Of a stretch of 24,178 nucleotides of DNA, positions 1 through 10,965 are shown in pieces. The notes below the pieces were generated by a model, which was not told where the DNA came from, made no database searches, and saw only the letters and a program-made list of their open reading frames with translations. Source of the DNA: Ginkgo biloba (taxonomy: Eukaryota > Plantae > Ginkgophyta). Position 1 is the first letter of the stretch; every line of letters starts with the position of its first letter. The stretch is from positions 17,381,428-17,405,605 of the forward strand of contig JANKJI020000001.1 in NCBI GenBank assembly GCA_024626585.2, given 5' to 3'. A program made the translations under genes and the position numbers.

Positions 1-401
1 CAGTTACAAACTAAAATTATGTTTACAAATTTATCATGGTTACATAGTCAACTTTCTTTGTGCTTCTTGAATCTAGCCTTTAACTTGGTATTATACCTGT
101 ACATTAGCAGACCACCAAATAGGATCCTCTTCAGATGGAGAATATCATCACCTATTCAAATTGTTCAACAACCTTTTATGGATTTTTCCCATTCTGTAAA
201 AATTTGTACCACTCCTTTCCATGTGTCAACCTTGACATGTGACTGTACTAAGCCAGCACACCAATATACTTGCAAGTAGCAACACACCCCTTTGTGGGTA
301 ACTTCGTCCTTCATGAACAACACTAGACTCATACTTTGTGGACAACATGCTTTAAGAAACTAAATCCATCAAATATTTTTGAAATCATGGTCTGCAACAA
401 A
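1..401 (-). repeat. Copy 1 of a ~400 bp direct repeat (copy 2 at 23779-24178); probably the 3' internal region of a copia-like element on the minus strand
   Basis: Colinear match by eye (roughly 85-90%), e.g. ccaccaaataggatcctcttcagatggagaa and aaatcatggtctgcaacaaa are in both copies. Copy 2 lies next to a PPT/LTR junction. Confidence 0.9.
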
Positions 402-859
402 CATTTGGCTTTCCCAAACATTCATGATTTTCGTTTATCGTCATTCTACCATAAATCTTCTCTAGTGGTAACAATAATTTGGGGTTTTTTATCTCACCCA
501 TTAATGGTCACTCCAATTTAGCTTCACTTCTTGTAGTCTGCCTACACCATAAATAGTAAACTTTTTCCTTCCTTGAGGAATTATAAAGCTGAAATCTTTG
601 TCCTTTTTTCAGGAGATTTAATCAAACACAATTATTTTTGTGCGATGATAACTTCACAATCAACAATATTAAATTAAGGACATAAACATTCTTAATATTT
701 TACCCTTCAACCATAGACCAAATTCATCACAAAACATTTAACCATTCTCAATAATAATTATTCATATCACATATTTTAGAGACCTCCCAAAATATTACAC
801 TTCAAACATTTTTTATAAAATCTACTTCATATGTGTATTAATATTTATTTGCATTGAAG

Positions 860-1112
860 TTAATAGGCCTCATTAGTTCTTTTATAAGCCTTTATGAAAA
901 TCTATCTTATATCTTAATCAATTTAATGTTTGCAACTATGAATATAATTTTCATCCCCTCCCAAAAAAGATGCTAACTTGAATGGATTAATGGGACTCAT
1001 TAGTTATTTTATAAGCCTTTATATAAGTCTAACCTATATCTTAATCAATTTAATATTTTCAATAATGAATATAATTTTCAACACCTTGGAAAAAAAAATA
1101 TGCCAATTGGAA
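860..1112. repeat. Degenerate tandem duplication, period ~127 bp, 2 copies
   Basis: ctcattagtt...tataagcctttat...tatatcttaatcaatttaat...atgaatataattttca occurs from 869 and again from 996. Confidence 0.85.
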
Positions 1113-1199
1113 GCGATGGAAAAGTCCCATAAGTTAGCTAAATACAAGCATTTATGACATTGGTTGAAAATATAAGGAGGAGAAAACACATACACTTAG

Positions 1200-1342
1200 T
1201 TTATTCAGGACCTTTTTTATTATGGCACTTATTTTATTGTAACTTATCCAAGACCAACTTTACAGCAACTTAGTTGGAGATAATTAGATGGCATGTTAAT
1301 ACGCTAGCAGGCTTTGAGGATATTATTGCCTATAAGTTTATT
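1200..1342 (-). promoter_or_regulatory. 3' UTR-like region with four AATAAA polyadenylation-type hexamers
   Basis: tttatt on the + strand at 1337-1342, 1233-1238, 1216-1221 and 1200-1205, all downstream of the TGA at 1366 on the minus strand. The AT-rich background makes chance hits possible. Confidence 0.45.
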
Positions 1343-1365
1343 CGCACACGTGAGCAGTTTCCCGC

Positions 1366-1560
1366 TCAGTAGCGACCATTGTAACGGTCCTCTCTCCGAT
1401 AAATACTTTCGTTGTTGCAAGTCGGAGGAGGACGGCGACGAGGAGGTGCCGGCACTTCGTAAGATTCCGCCACGTAATGAGCTTGGCGCCGGTAGTATCC
1501 CTCCTGTCCCTCATGACCGTTGTACACTGGCTTCATTGGACGATGTCCATAATTATCCTC
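1366..1560 (-). CDS. Probable terminal coding exon (5' part lost in the gap) of an unidentified Tyr/Arg/Pro-rich host protein
   Basis: Manual translation from the gap edge gives 64 aa without stops, EDNYGHRPMKPVYNGHEGQEGYYRRQAHYVAESYEVPAPPRRRPPPTCNNESIYRREDRYNGRY, then TGA at 1368-1366. GC- and CpG-rich, unlike the rest of the window. No family recognised. Confidence 0.6.
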   Translation of the reverse strand, partial: EDNYGHRPMKPVYNGHEGQEGYYRRQAHYVAESYEVPAPPRRRPPPTCNNESIYRREDRYNGRY

Positions 1561-1733
1561 NNNNNNNNNNNNNNNNNNNNNNNNNNNNNNNNNNNNNNNN
1601 NNNNNNNNNNNNNNNNNNNNNNNNNNNNNNNNNNNNNNNNNNNNNNNNNNNNNNNNNNNNTACCAATTAAAATCTTATAATTTCACCAAGCTATAAACTT
1701 CTAAGTTATTTATAAGTACTAGGAAATAACTTG

Positions 1734-2590
1734 ACATTTTACCAAGCTTCATAACTTATGACTCCATATAAAAATATAAGTTTTCTTCTTATATGATAAC
1801 AAGTTTTTGAGCACTCTAATATTAGTCCTATTTTAAGGGATAAATCTCTATAATTATGGATAATATCTCCAATTTCTCAATTGTTTTAAATGAGAATTTG
1901 AATATGTTATAATTATGACTATCACTTGTGAATGCATGATATTTTAAACTATGTTTAATTTTAAATTTTAAATTTTCTTCTAATAGGTACACACATTCTC
2001 AGGTTCTAGATCAATCTTACAAACTATAACAAAGTGAAGAGACAACTCCTTCATGTAGGCTTTCCTAAATAATACATTTAACTTTCTTTGCGTTCCTAAA
2101 TTTTGAGTGAATGACATATATTTCATGCCCAAATATTCCAACTCTACATCTCACACTTCTCTAGTTCACACTACATAACTTATTATTATAGAATGATATT
2201 AAAGCTTTAAAATTATACCCCATATATTTGATAATATTGATGTTAATAAATTATAAATAATTTATATTAATGTTTAATAATAATTCATTATCTATAATCT
2301 TATGGCTTGTCCTAATTTATGGATCATAGAAAAATAATCCTAAAAAAGAGAGTATAAAAGGATTTTAGAATTGGATACACTTAAATAAATCTTTAAAATC
2401 TTAGAATAAGAGGATTCTCTAGTTTTAGACTATGCCTAAGGATCTTCATAGTTGACTGGGCTTGATGTGACCTTAATTGGTGAGAAGTTATAAACTTAAA
2501 TAACTGATGAATATAATTTATAAGACACCAAGCTTTTCCACTATGACACTATGTAATTCCCTACCTATGCTATTCCTTTTCCCTTGACAC
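1734..2590 (+). repeat. Left arm of a ~850 bp inverted repeat pair (partner 6088-6938)
   Basis: Reverse-complement matches throughout, e.g. tagatcaatcttacaaactataacaaa vs tttgttatagtttgtaagattgatcta, and tttatggatcatagaaaaataatccta vs taggattatttttctatgatccataaa. Confidence 0.9.
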
Positions 2591-5260
2591 TATGTCTTTT
2601 CTTAAAACTTACTAACAAACGTAGTTTTTATTTTCCTAAACTTAGTTCTTTGGCTGCTACAGGGAATAAAGAGGTGGTATAAATTTAATAGAGATGAAGA
2701 TAATTATATATCCTAAGAATTGGAGAGTTTAAGATAATTGATAGAATATATAAGTATTTATGGATAATAAGATACAAATTTAAAAGTCACTTGAGAATCC
2801 AAACTTGATTCTCACTCTTTTATCATTATCTCAATGCAATTGAAATTGGGATTTTGAGAATCAGTATATTGATGTATCAAGAGATCGCAAATGACTCCTT
2901 GATGATGAAATTTATAGATATTTCTTAGTATTAGTGCCTAATGGAATGCACCCCATGTAATTGTATAAAAATATTCTTTATTAATAAAAGGAATCCATCT
3001 CCTTAGTTGTTTACAAGTCTTTAAGCTCTAAGATTTTTCCATCAGTTGCTCCAAGTATATTATTTTATTCTTATTTTTGTATATATTTTTTAAAATACTA
3101 TATTTTTTTTTTGCCCTTGTATCATCGATTACGTCAATACAATTTTCTTTAGCCTGCACTCATATGATATTGAGTATTGAACATGTGCATACATAATATT
3201 CATCTATGCATGTGCATAAAAATACAGTATGACCTATTCTTTTAAGAACGTAAATTTTCCTTCACAAAAACATGATTTTTTCTATGACGAGTCCTATTCC
3301 AACTATATGCATACCTATTTAACATGCAAAGAGTTAGTTTTTTCGTAGGAATTTTCCACTTTGNNNNNNNNNNNNNNNNNNNNNNNNNNNNNNNNNNNNN
3401 NNNNNNNNNNNNNNNNNNNNNNNNNNNNNNNNNNNNNNNNNNNNNNNNNNNNNNNNNNNNNNNATGGAAAAGTAAATTTATCATCTCTATTTAGTCTAAA
3501 GTATAAAATACAAAGAGAGGAATATCATCTTGTCTCTTAATAAATAATTATATTCTACCATTTTATTCTAAATTTCTTGTAGATAAATCATATTTTATAC
3601 ATACAAACTATATAGAGTCTTTTTAAGGCACGATAATTACTTAGAGATAATTAGATTCCTCAAATAGTGATGTTTAAAAAAGGACAGGGTGCCAATAATN
3701 NNNNNNNNNNNNNNNNNNNNNNNNNNNNNNNNNNNNNNNNNNNNNNNNNNNNNNNNNNNNNNNNNNNNNNNNNNNNNNNNNNNNNAGAAATAAAAACATA
3801 TTATATCACTCAAACCAAACTAAATTAGAGAAAATGCCAAGAGATAAAAGTGATCAATGTAAAAAATAAAACTTACTAGTTAAATTTTAACCCAAATTAA
3901 GAATTTATTTTTTTCCTTGATTTTTGTGTTGGCGCCCATACAACTTGAAACATTTAGTTTTATAGGTTTTCAACCTTATGAAAAACTTTATATTTTTGAA
4001 GAAACTATAAAACTAAGTAAAATTCCTTAGAATGATCAAAATTAGGTTTTCTCAATTTTCTTTCCAGTTTCTATACAACCTNNNNNNNNNNNNNNNNNNN
4101 NNNNNNNNNNNNNNNNNNNTCTGATTACATTTCTTGAGCTTAGGCCAAAATCAATATAAGAATAACCTAAATTAGATAAGATAATCAAATATACATAAGA
4201 TATTCTAAACACATAGTTCATAAGGGAAAATAGGGTCCCAAAATATAACACCTCTTTATTATATAGAAAAATACATATAAAAAGGACAAGATCCTTCACA
4301 AAATAAAATTCTTCTCTTATCAATTATTTTCTCACTCTATGATATAATGATTCAGATATCAACCTCAATGAATTTATATAATAACTCCCTAATTTAAAAT
4401 AAGATACTTAGAAGATAAGATAGGATGAGATAAAATACGCCTTATCCTTATCCCTTGATCCTTAATCGTTGCCCTTAGACTTATCCCTCTTAGGATCCTA
4501 AGTCAATTGGACTCCCCTCTAAGTGTACTTGAGTCCCCTTTGGATCATAAATTCCTCCCCTCAAAAGGAGTTATGGATTGCATTACTTGATCTATCAAAT
4601 GAAGATAAACTTTTTTAATTCTATCAATTGTCACCTACTTTGTTTGATGTGCATACTGATTCATCTTTTCTACCAAGAAAGAATCAATATTAGAATACCT
4701 TAAATTTTTTATTTTATATTTAAAGATATTATATTCTTTGAATGAACCCTTATAATCTTACTCAATGTCACTATCATATTATGGGAAATTTTTTTGTTCT
4801 TCATCCANNNNNNNNNNNNNNNNNNNNNNNNNNNNNNNNNNNNNNNNNNNNNNNNNNNNNNNNNNNNNNNNNNNNNNNNNNNNNNNNNNNNNNNNNNNNN
4901 NNNNNNNNNNNNNNNNNNNNNNNNNNNNTATTGAAGTTGCTTGATCTTCCTCTCTTTTATTTTGAATCTTTATTTTTAGATAGAACTATACTTTATTTAA
5001 AACCTAGAAGGTATATTTTTCTCAATGTTTGTCATTTGCTTCTTTATACTTAAATTATTCTTTTAAAAAACCCTTATGCACTTGCTTATGAATTATTTTA
5101 ATGTTAATCATATAGTATGTTACCTACATGTGATATTTATATTTGAAAGAAGAATAAATGTATACCAAAACTAATATACAAAGATCAATAAGAGAATTAA
5201 GAAAATATCCTAAAAATGCCTCAAAAGGTAAGAGGTTGAGCGATCAATGAAAATCCCTAT

Positions 5261-5649
5261 TGTAACTATATTGGATGTAGGGAAGAGACTCATCCCATAT
5301 ATTGGGATGTTTATGATTATACCTTTATAAATTATAATAAACCCTAATTACCTTCTTCCCTTTTTTCTCTTCTATACATAATGTCTCTTGTATTGTATTA
5401 TCCCACATGCATAAGTTAGTCACATGTCAGGCATAGTTGTTCCTATATATGCCACATGTAAAGTTATTGGAGGGCATCATAAGTATTGCTATTGAATATG
5501 TTGGAGGTTTTCACCCTCGAAGTGGCTTATAATATCATCAATCTGAGTTCTCTTTTGCACTATCTAAATCTTGGTGTTCTATTTTGTAAATCATTATGTG
5601 AATCGTGGTGAAGGCCATTGCAAGAAGATTATTGCAAGTGGTATTAGAG
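5261..5649 (+). mobile_element. Putative 5' LTR (5261-5636) followed by a tRNA-iMet primer-binding site (5639-5649)
   Basis: TGTAA...TTGCA termini, an internal cctatatat TATA-like box, a 2-nt spacer, then tggtattagag (canonical tggtatcagag with one C>T change). The left boundary is less certain. Confidence 0.55.
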
Positions 5650-6087
5650 TGGCATTCTTACAAAGGCTTCCATATCAAGAGGGTGCACATCATCCAACCA
5701 AGGTATTGATCTTTTTTTTTTAACTCCTTCGTACTGATTAGATTTGAGTCCTTACTATAAGGTAGCTGGCCGTGGGCTATAGAATACCATAAGGTTCAAC
5801 ATTTATGGCAAGGACAAGTTGCAATCAGTTTGCCTTGGTGACCTCAAGCAAGTTGGTTTTTCTAACCCTAAACTATGACATTCAAAGAACTTGAGCGGTT
5901 GAAAAAATCTATCTTGAAGTTTCTAGTAAGCATCTTTTATCATCTTGGAAAGACCCACTATGCTTCTTTTTTCCAGTNNNNNNNNNNNNNNNNNNNNNNN
6001 NNNNNNNNNNNNNNNNNNNNNNNNNNNNNNNNNNNNNNNNNNNNNNNNNNNNNNNNNNNNNNNNNNNNNNNNNNNNNAAAAGGTGTG

Positions 6088-6938
6088 TTGTCAAGGGAAA
6101 AGGCATGGCGTAAGTGGGGAAAGGAATTATCTCATAAAATAAATGCATGGTGTGTTATAAACTACATTTATGAGTTATTTTCGTTTAGAACTTATCGCCA
6201 ATTGAGGTCAAATTAGGACCAATCAAATTCAACAATCCTTAGACAGCTTCCAAAACTAGAGAATCATCTTCTTCCAATCTTTTAAATATTTATTTACGTA
6301 TATCTAATTCCAAAATCCTTTTGAATTCTATTTTCTAGGATTATTTTTCTATGATCCATAAACTAAGACACACCATAGGATTCTAGATGATGCATTATTG
6401 TTAGACATGGATATAAATTATTTATAATTTATTAACATCAATATTATATAGTATATGGGGTATATTTTTAAGTCTTTAATATCATTATAGAAGAATAAGT
6501 TATGTAGTGTGTGCTAGAGAAGCATGAGATATAGAGTTAGAATATTTGGGCATAGACATACATATCATTCATTCAAAATTTAGGAATCATAATGAGCTTA
6601 TATATATTATCTAGAAAATCCTAAATGTAGGAGTTATCTCTCCATTTTGTTATAGTTTGTAAGATTGATCTAAAATCTGAGAATGTGTATAATGGAAGAA
6701 TATTTAAAATTTGAAATTAGACATTATTTAAAATATCACATTCATAAGTGGCATTCATAATTATAAAATATTCAAATTATCGTTTAAATGAATTGAGGAA
6801 TTGGATTTATTGTCCAAAATTATAGTTCTTTATCCATTAAAATGGGACTAAAATTAGAGTGCTAAAAAACTTGTCATCCTATAAGAAGACAACTTACATT
6901 CGTATATAGATTCACAATAGATGAAGCAAGGTAAATGT
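6088..6938 (-). repeat. Right arm of the ~850 bp inverted repeat pair (partner 1734-2590)
   Basis: As above; also gtcaagggaaaagg (~6090) vs ccttttcccttgac (~2575), and attagagtgctaaaaaacttgt vs acaagtttttgagcactctaat. Confidence 0.9.
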
Positions 6939-7288
6939 ATGGAAGACATATTCCATATTCATGATCATTTGTAAGATATAGGAGTATATAGACCCTATAA
7001 ATACCTTGAGATGCATGTTTATTGATTAAAATGAAGGAGATTCCTACTCTTTATCTACCATCCTCAAAATTTCTTATAGATGAAATGGAGATTTATCTTG
7101 AATCCTAATTAAAGACTAAGTATAATTTAAACTTTAAATTCTCATTAAGAAAAGGAAGAAAACATAATATTTTCTATTAATAAAAAAANNNNNNNNNNNN
7201 NNNNNNNNNNNNNNNNNNNNNNNNNNNNNNNNNNNNNNNNNNNNNNNNNNNNNNNNNNNNNNNNNNNNNNNNNNNNNNNNNNNNNNNN

Positions 7289-7965
7289 GACCATATTAAA
7301 AATAAGACCTATACTTGGGGTATATTTTTATAATCTAAATTTTATCTCTAAGAAAAATCCCATATGGTTATATCAATGGCATATGGAAGGCCTACCTCAA
7401 GGTTTTCCTAAATATAGATTTTATCATAGGTGGCAAATTTTCTTTGCTTTGTCATCTCTAAAACTTTTACAAATTTAATAAGAAGGTTTTCGATATCCTC
7501 TAGAATGGAATCTTGCAAAAATTCAAGAGTTAAAAAGAGGAGGGACACCTAGATAGAGACAAAGGAGATAGATTCTTCAATTGGGCCAAAACCAATGGAC
7601 CAATACTTTGAGAAGAGACCGTCTCTATTCATAAACCAAGGCCCCCCTTAAAAAATGATATTTTTTTCTTCTTTTGAGTAAGAAAATGAAATGAAGTAAC
7701 CTCTAACACATAAAATGGTTTCAACCTCATCTTTTATTTTTGGTTTCTAGTTGTGCAAAATCCAATCATGTAGGGATTTTGAATTTGGCCATAATCCCAT
7801 GAACTTGCAAATCAAAGCTTGAGAGCGCAGCTTCAAGATGCTAGACTTTACGGAGTCAAGATTTACCTTTAGGGTAGGGATACCCTCTGTCCTTTTGACA
7901 CAACCATTAGTTGAGGAGAAGACTGGTAGGGTACATTTCTCTGATTTGGCTAGGAAATAATGCAA
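7289..7965 (-). pseudogene. Decayed L1-type LINE ORF1 (DUF4283-like domain plus start of the zinc knuckle)
   Basis: One minus-strand frame reads ALICKFMGLWPNSKSLHDWILHN*...LCVRGYFISF...IF*GGPWFM...LFSKYWSIGFGP...I*VSLLFLTLEF...KFVKV...LDYKNIP, matching plant L1 ORF1 motifs (GPW, VWV.L..LPLE.W, LDYE.IP). Stops mostly fit TGG>TAG or CAA>TAA. Confidence 0.85.
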
Positions 7966-9199
7966 GTCTTCAAGAGAAGCTTCTTTCTGATAGGATAGAG
8001 CATCTTTGAAAGAGGGGGGGGATCGAGGGGGTCCCCTAGGACCCTAGGGGCCATTGCAGTCAAAAGAGAAGCTCCCACTAATACAGGAATTGAAAAAATT
8101 AAACCAAGCTAGCAGTCAATCATCTACTTAATAAGTTATTGTTAAATGATAAAATAAATTTAAATAATGGTTAGGAAACTCTTATAGACTTAGAATCATG
8201 TAAAAAGGACATAGTCCTTGAATAATAAACATTAATTATCTAAAAAATATTTAGAACACTCAAATGAGATATTTTTAATGATTAGTCACACAATCCATTT
8301 TGCTAAGAATTCATCGTAATAAGTACCATTCATCAACCATGTTTATATGATCTCCTATTATTAGGAACAGTTCCATCTACATATTACAACTTTAACAACA
8401 TAGATATTCATAATATTATAATATGCAAAGGCAATGGAGATGGGGAACAACCACCTTCATATCAAGAGAAATATATATTAAGATTGAAATAAATTTTGTA
8501 AACTTTATTAGGTCCATATTTAACCATAGTATATATTGGTTAACCCTCATTTATATGAGTAACCATATTAGTAATCTAGAAGTCAAGTAATTTTTTTATA
8601 GGATGTTATATAGATTATGGTAGGCTAGCTTTAGGAAAATCAAGTATAAGGATGTAAGGGATGATTTTTCTATTTTAACCCCTCAAGAGATTTATTTGTA
8701 AATNNNNNNNNNNNNNNNNNNNNNNNNNNNNNNNNNNNNNNNNNNNNNNNNNNNNNNNNNNNNNNNNNNNNNNNNNNNNNNNNNNNNNNNNNNNNNNNNN
8801 NNNATTAATTACTTTTTTAGGATTAATTCAACATTATGAACATAAAAAGAGTTAATGATTAACTCTGTGTCATGTATCTATAATTAAATGGTAGGGAGAA
8901 AGTAGTCCTTCAATCATATGGTCTAGGAAGAGCATGCAAATTCATGTCGATATAATATAGATTATAGTGTTAGTTTATCATTTGGATGTAGCACTCTAGG
9001 GGTTCATTCTCCCTATATTATATAAGGTGTAGATCACATAATGATATATATTACATCATGGGGGTTAACATAATAGGATATATAGTGGCTCCTAAGACAT
9101 CCCAGCTAAGTGAGGCATATATCTATGTAGTTTGCTACAATGTTGCTTATTTGATTATACATCATGAGATTACTACTTTAGTTCTCCAAGAGGATAGGG

Positions 9200-9760
9200 T
9201 CCCACGTTTGAGATGGATAATTTCCCTAGACATCATTTATAGGATATATTATAGTAAAAAACTTGGTGGAAATCTAGTTTCATGGGTTCTAATTATATGG
9301 CTAGGTGTATCCAACAAGATATTTGACTAGGTTTCTTAAATATTTGATGTCTTGAGATCTTAGTTAGATGGGATCATATAGTTAGGGATAGGTGGCCTAA
9401 GATAATCCTTATTGTTTCTCTCTTGACTCTTTAAGCATTTTCATACTTTTTGGTTGAGTTTTTTCCCAGTTATGATTCTATGGGATGGAAATCCTTCTAT
9501 GATGAGATGGAAAATGGTTTCATGTGTCTCTATATGACATTGGCCTTATAGGATAAAGGGAGGATCTTATGTCACATTTACACAACTAGATATCAGTGAG
9601 ATGACTAGACAACCATACTAGAATATTCACTAGGATTTATACATGATGAGGCTATCAAGATATATGATTTTCCAAAGAATGGAAATAAGGAACATACCCT
9701 TGATCATGGACATGAGGAGCAGAGAGAGGAGGAGAAATAGGTGGAAGATGATGCGCCTTG
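9200..9760 (+). pseudogene. Possible heavily decayed Plant Mobile Domain (PMD)-like ORF of transposon origin
   Basis: Fragments YS*G*VA*DNPY (~9377, cf. YSWG..VLA.LY) and QLDISEMTRQPY (~9584, cf. LD....V.W.PY) are followed by an acidic tract at ~9715-9752. Many stops and frameshifts. Confidence 0.3.
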
Positions 9761-10328
9761 GAGAGATATCGCATGGTTCTATAGGGATCAATCTTAATGA
9801 AGTTATATGACTATGGGAAACTTGTTAGAGAGTTTTTTACCATTCTAGGGTTTTCTCTCGCTAGTATCTCTTTATTTTATTAGATTAGGGCTAATTGTGG
9901 ACAATAAATGTTAAATGGAATGTTACTAATTAAGTCATGATTATTANNNNNNNNNNNNNNNNNNNNNNNNNNNNNNNNNNNNNNNNNNNNNNNNNNNNNN
10001 NNNNNNNNNNNNNNNNNNNNNNNNNNNNNNNNNNNNNNNNNNNNNNGGAAGGGGTAAGTTATATCAAATCCACCCAACAAGAAATTACCAAAGTGGTTAG
10101 TCGTCCAAGGCTGATGACTGTATAAAATGTCGAAGATATACAATTTCTACAACCAAGGTCAAGTAACACAATGACTTGAATCCTCAAGAAAAAACATAAT
10201 AGATGGATTTTAAAGGACAGACACTATGCAGAATAGTGATCTGAAGAACATACATAGATGTTATAAAATTTGAAAAAGAAATGAATGAATGAAGAAGCCC
10301 GGGTAGATCGAATAATCAACAATAAAGA

Positions 10329-10474
10329 AAGTGGAGACATTGACATTATAACAAAAGAGTGGAGATGTTGCTAGCATTCCTTCACATAGACATTATGCAT
10401 ATTTAGGCAGAACAATATGCATATTCATAATGGAAGAGTGGAGACGTTAATAACATTCCTTCACATAGATATTA
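10329..10474. repeat. Short direct repeats (~41 bp, 2 copies plus a partial) in the putative leader of a minus-strand LTR retrotransposon
   Basis: aagagtggagaYgtt.....cattccttcacatagaYatta at 10355-10395 and 10434-10474; partial aagtggagacatt at 10329. Confidence 0.75.
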
Positions 10475-10786
10475 GGGGAAGAACATCGAATGCAAAAATT
10501 ATTGTAGCATTTGTGATAGACCATGCCATTGGGAAGGAGTAGAGAATAATTAAATTTGACTTCTCTATTACCAATAAAGAACCATCACATATGGCCACTC
10601 AAGGGCCCAGAAACAGTGAACTAATCAAACATCACATCAATCCTCCATTCTAAAAATGTGTTAGAGCTAAATAATAAATCTATTAGGATGAAATATTAGA
10701 GAAACAAATGATTTTTTCACTAGATAGATCAGAAATGAATAATAACCAAAATTCATAGCAAGTAATAGAAGAAAAAAACTAAAAAT

Positions 10787-10837
10787 GTTTAACTTCTAAT
10801 AAGGTGATTGTGGATTCGTGTCCCACTGGGTGTGCCA
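10787..10837 (+). pseudogene. tRNA-Arg(UCU)-derived 3' fragment with encoded CCA, serving as an extended PBS of a minus-strand LTR retrotransposon
   Basis: Anticodon loop cttctaa (10793-10799), variable loop tgatt, T arm gtgga-ttcgtgt-cccac, acceptor strand tgggtgt, discriminator g and cca (10835-10837). No 5' acceptor strand or D arm is present. A 2-nt spacer and TG (10840) follow. Confidence 0.75.
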
Positions 10838-10839
10838 AA

Positions 10840-10965
10840 TGTGCACAAGGAATTTATAATTGCAGGTGAAGTCAAGAAAGCTTACCCATTTTTTCTCCAA
10901 ATAATATAATACCTTCAATTGATTTTGCAAAGAGATGTGCTCTGATTGAGAATGTTGATTGCTCA
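10840..10965 (-). mobile_element. 3' end of a 5' LTR (probably Ty3/gypsy Tat-like) adjoining the tRNA-Arg PBS
   Basis: The minus strand reads ...gtgcaCA-tt-TGGCACACCCAGTGGGAC, the standard LTR-PBS geometry. The right boundary is not determined. Confidence 0.55.

Noticed and set aside
19-521. ORFs 19..279 and 336..521
   Set aside because: They lie in a repeated TE segment; the second copy has in-frame stops and there are no recognisable motifs.
1314-1680. Plus-strand ORFs 1314..1670 and 1477..1680
   Set aside because: They run through the N gap and look like antisense shadows; the minus frame has a stop codon and 3' UTR signals and is the better candidate.
3929-3940. tggcgccc PBS-like motif (similar tggcgcc at ~17751)
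   Set aside because: Only a 7-8 nt match and no adjacent LTR CA end.
4505-4580. Small hairpins around ctcccct tracts
   Set aside because: Short, imperfect stems in low-complexity sequence with no clear LTR junction.
10787-10837. Functional tRNA gene
   Set aside because: Lacks the 5' acceptor strand and D arm, has stem mismatches, and encodes CCA.
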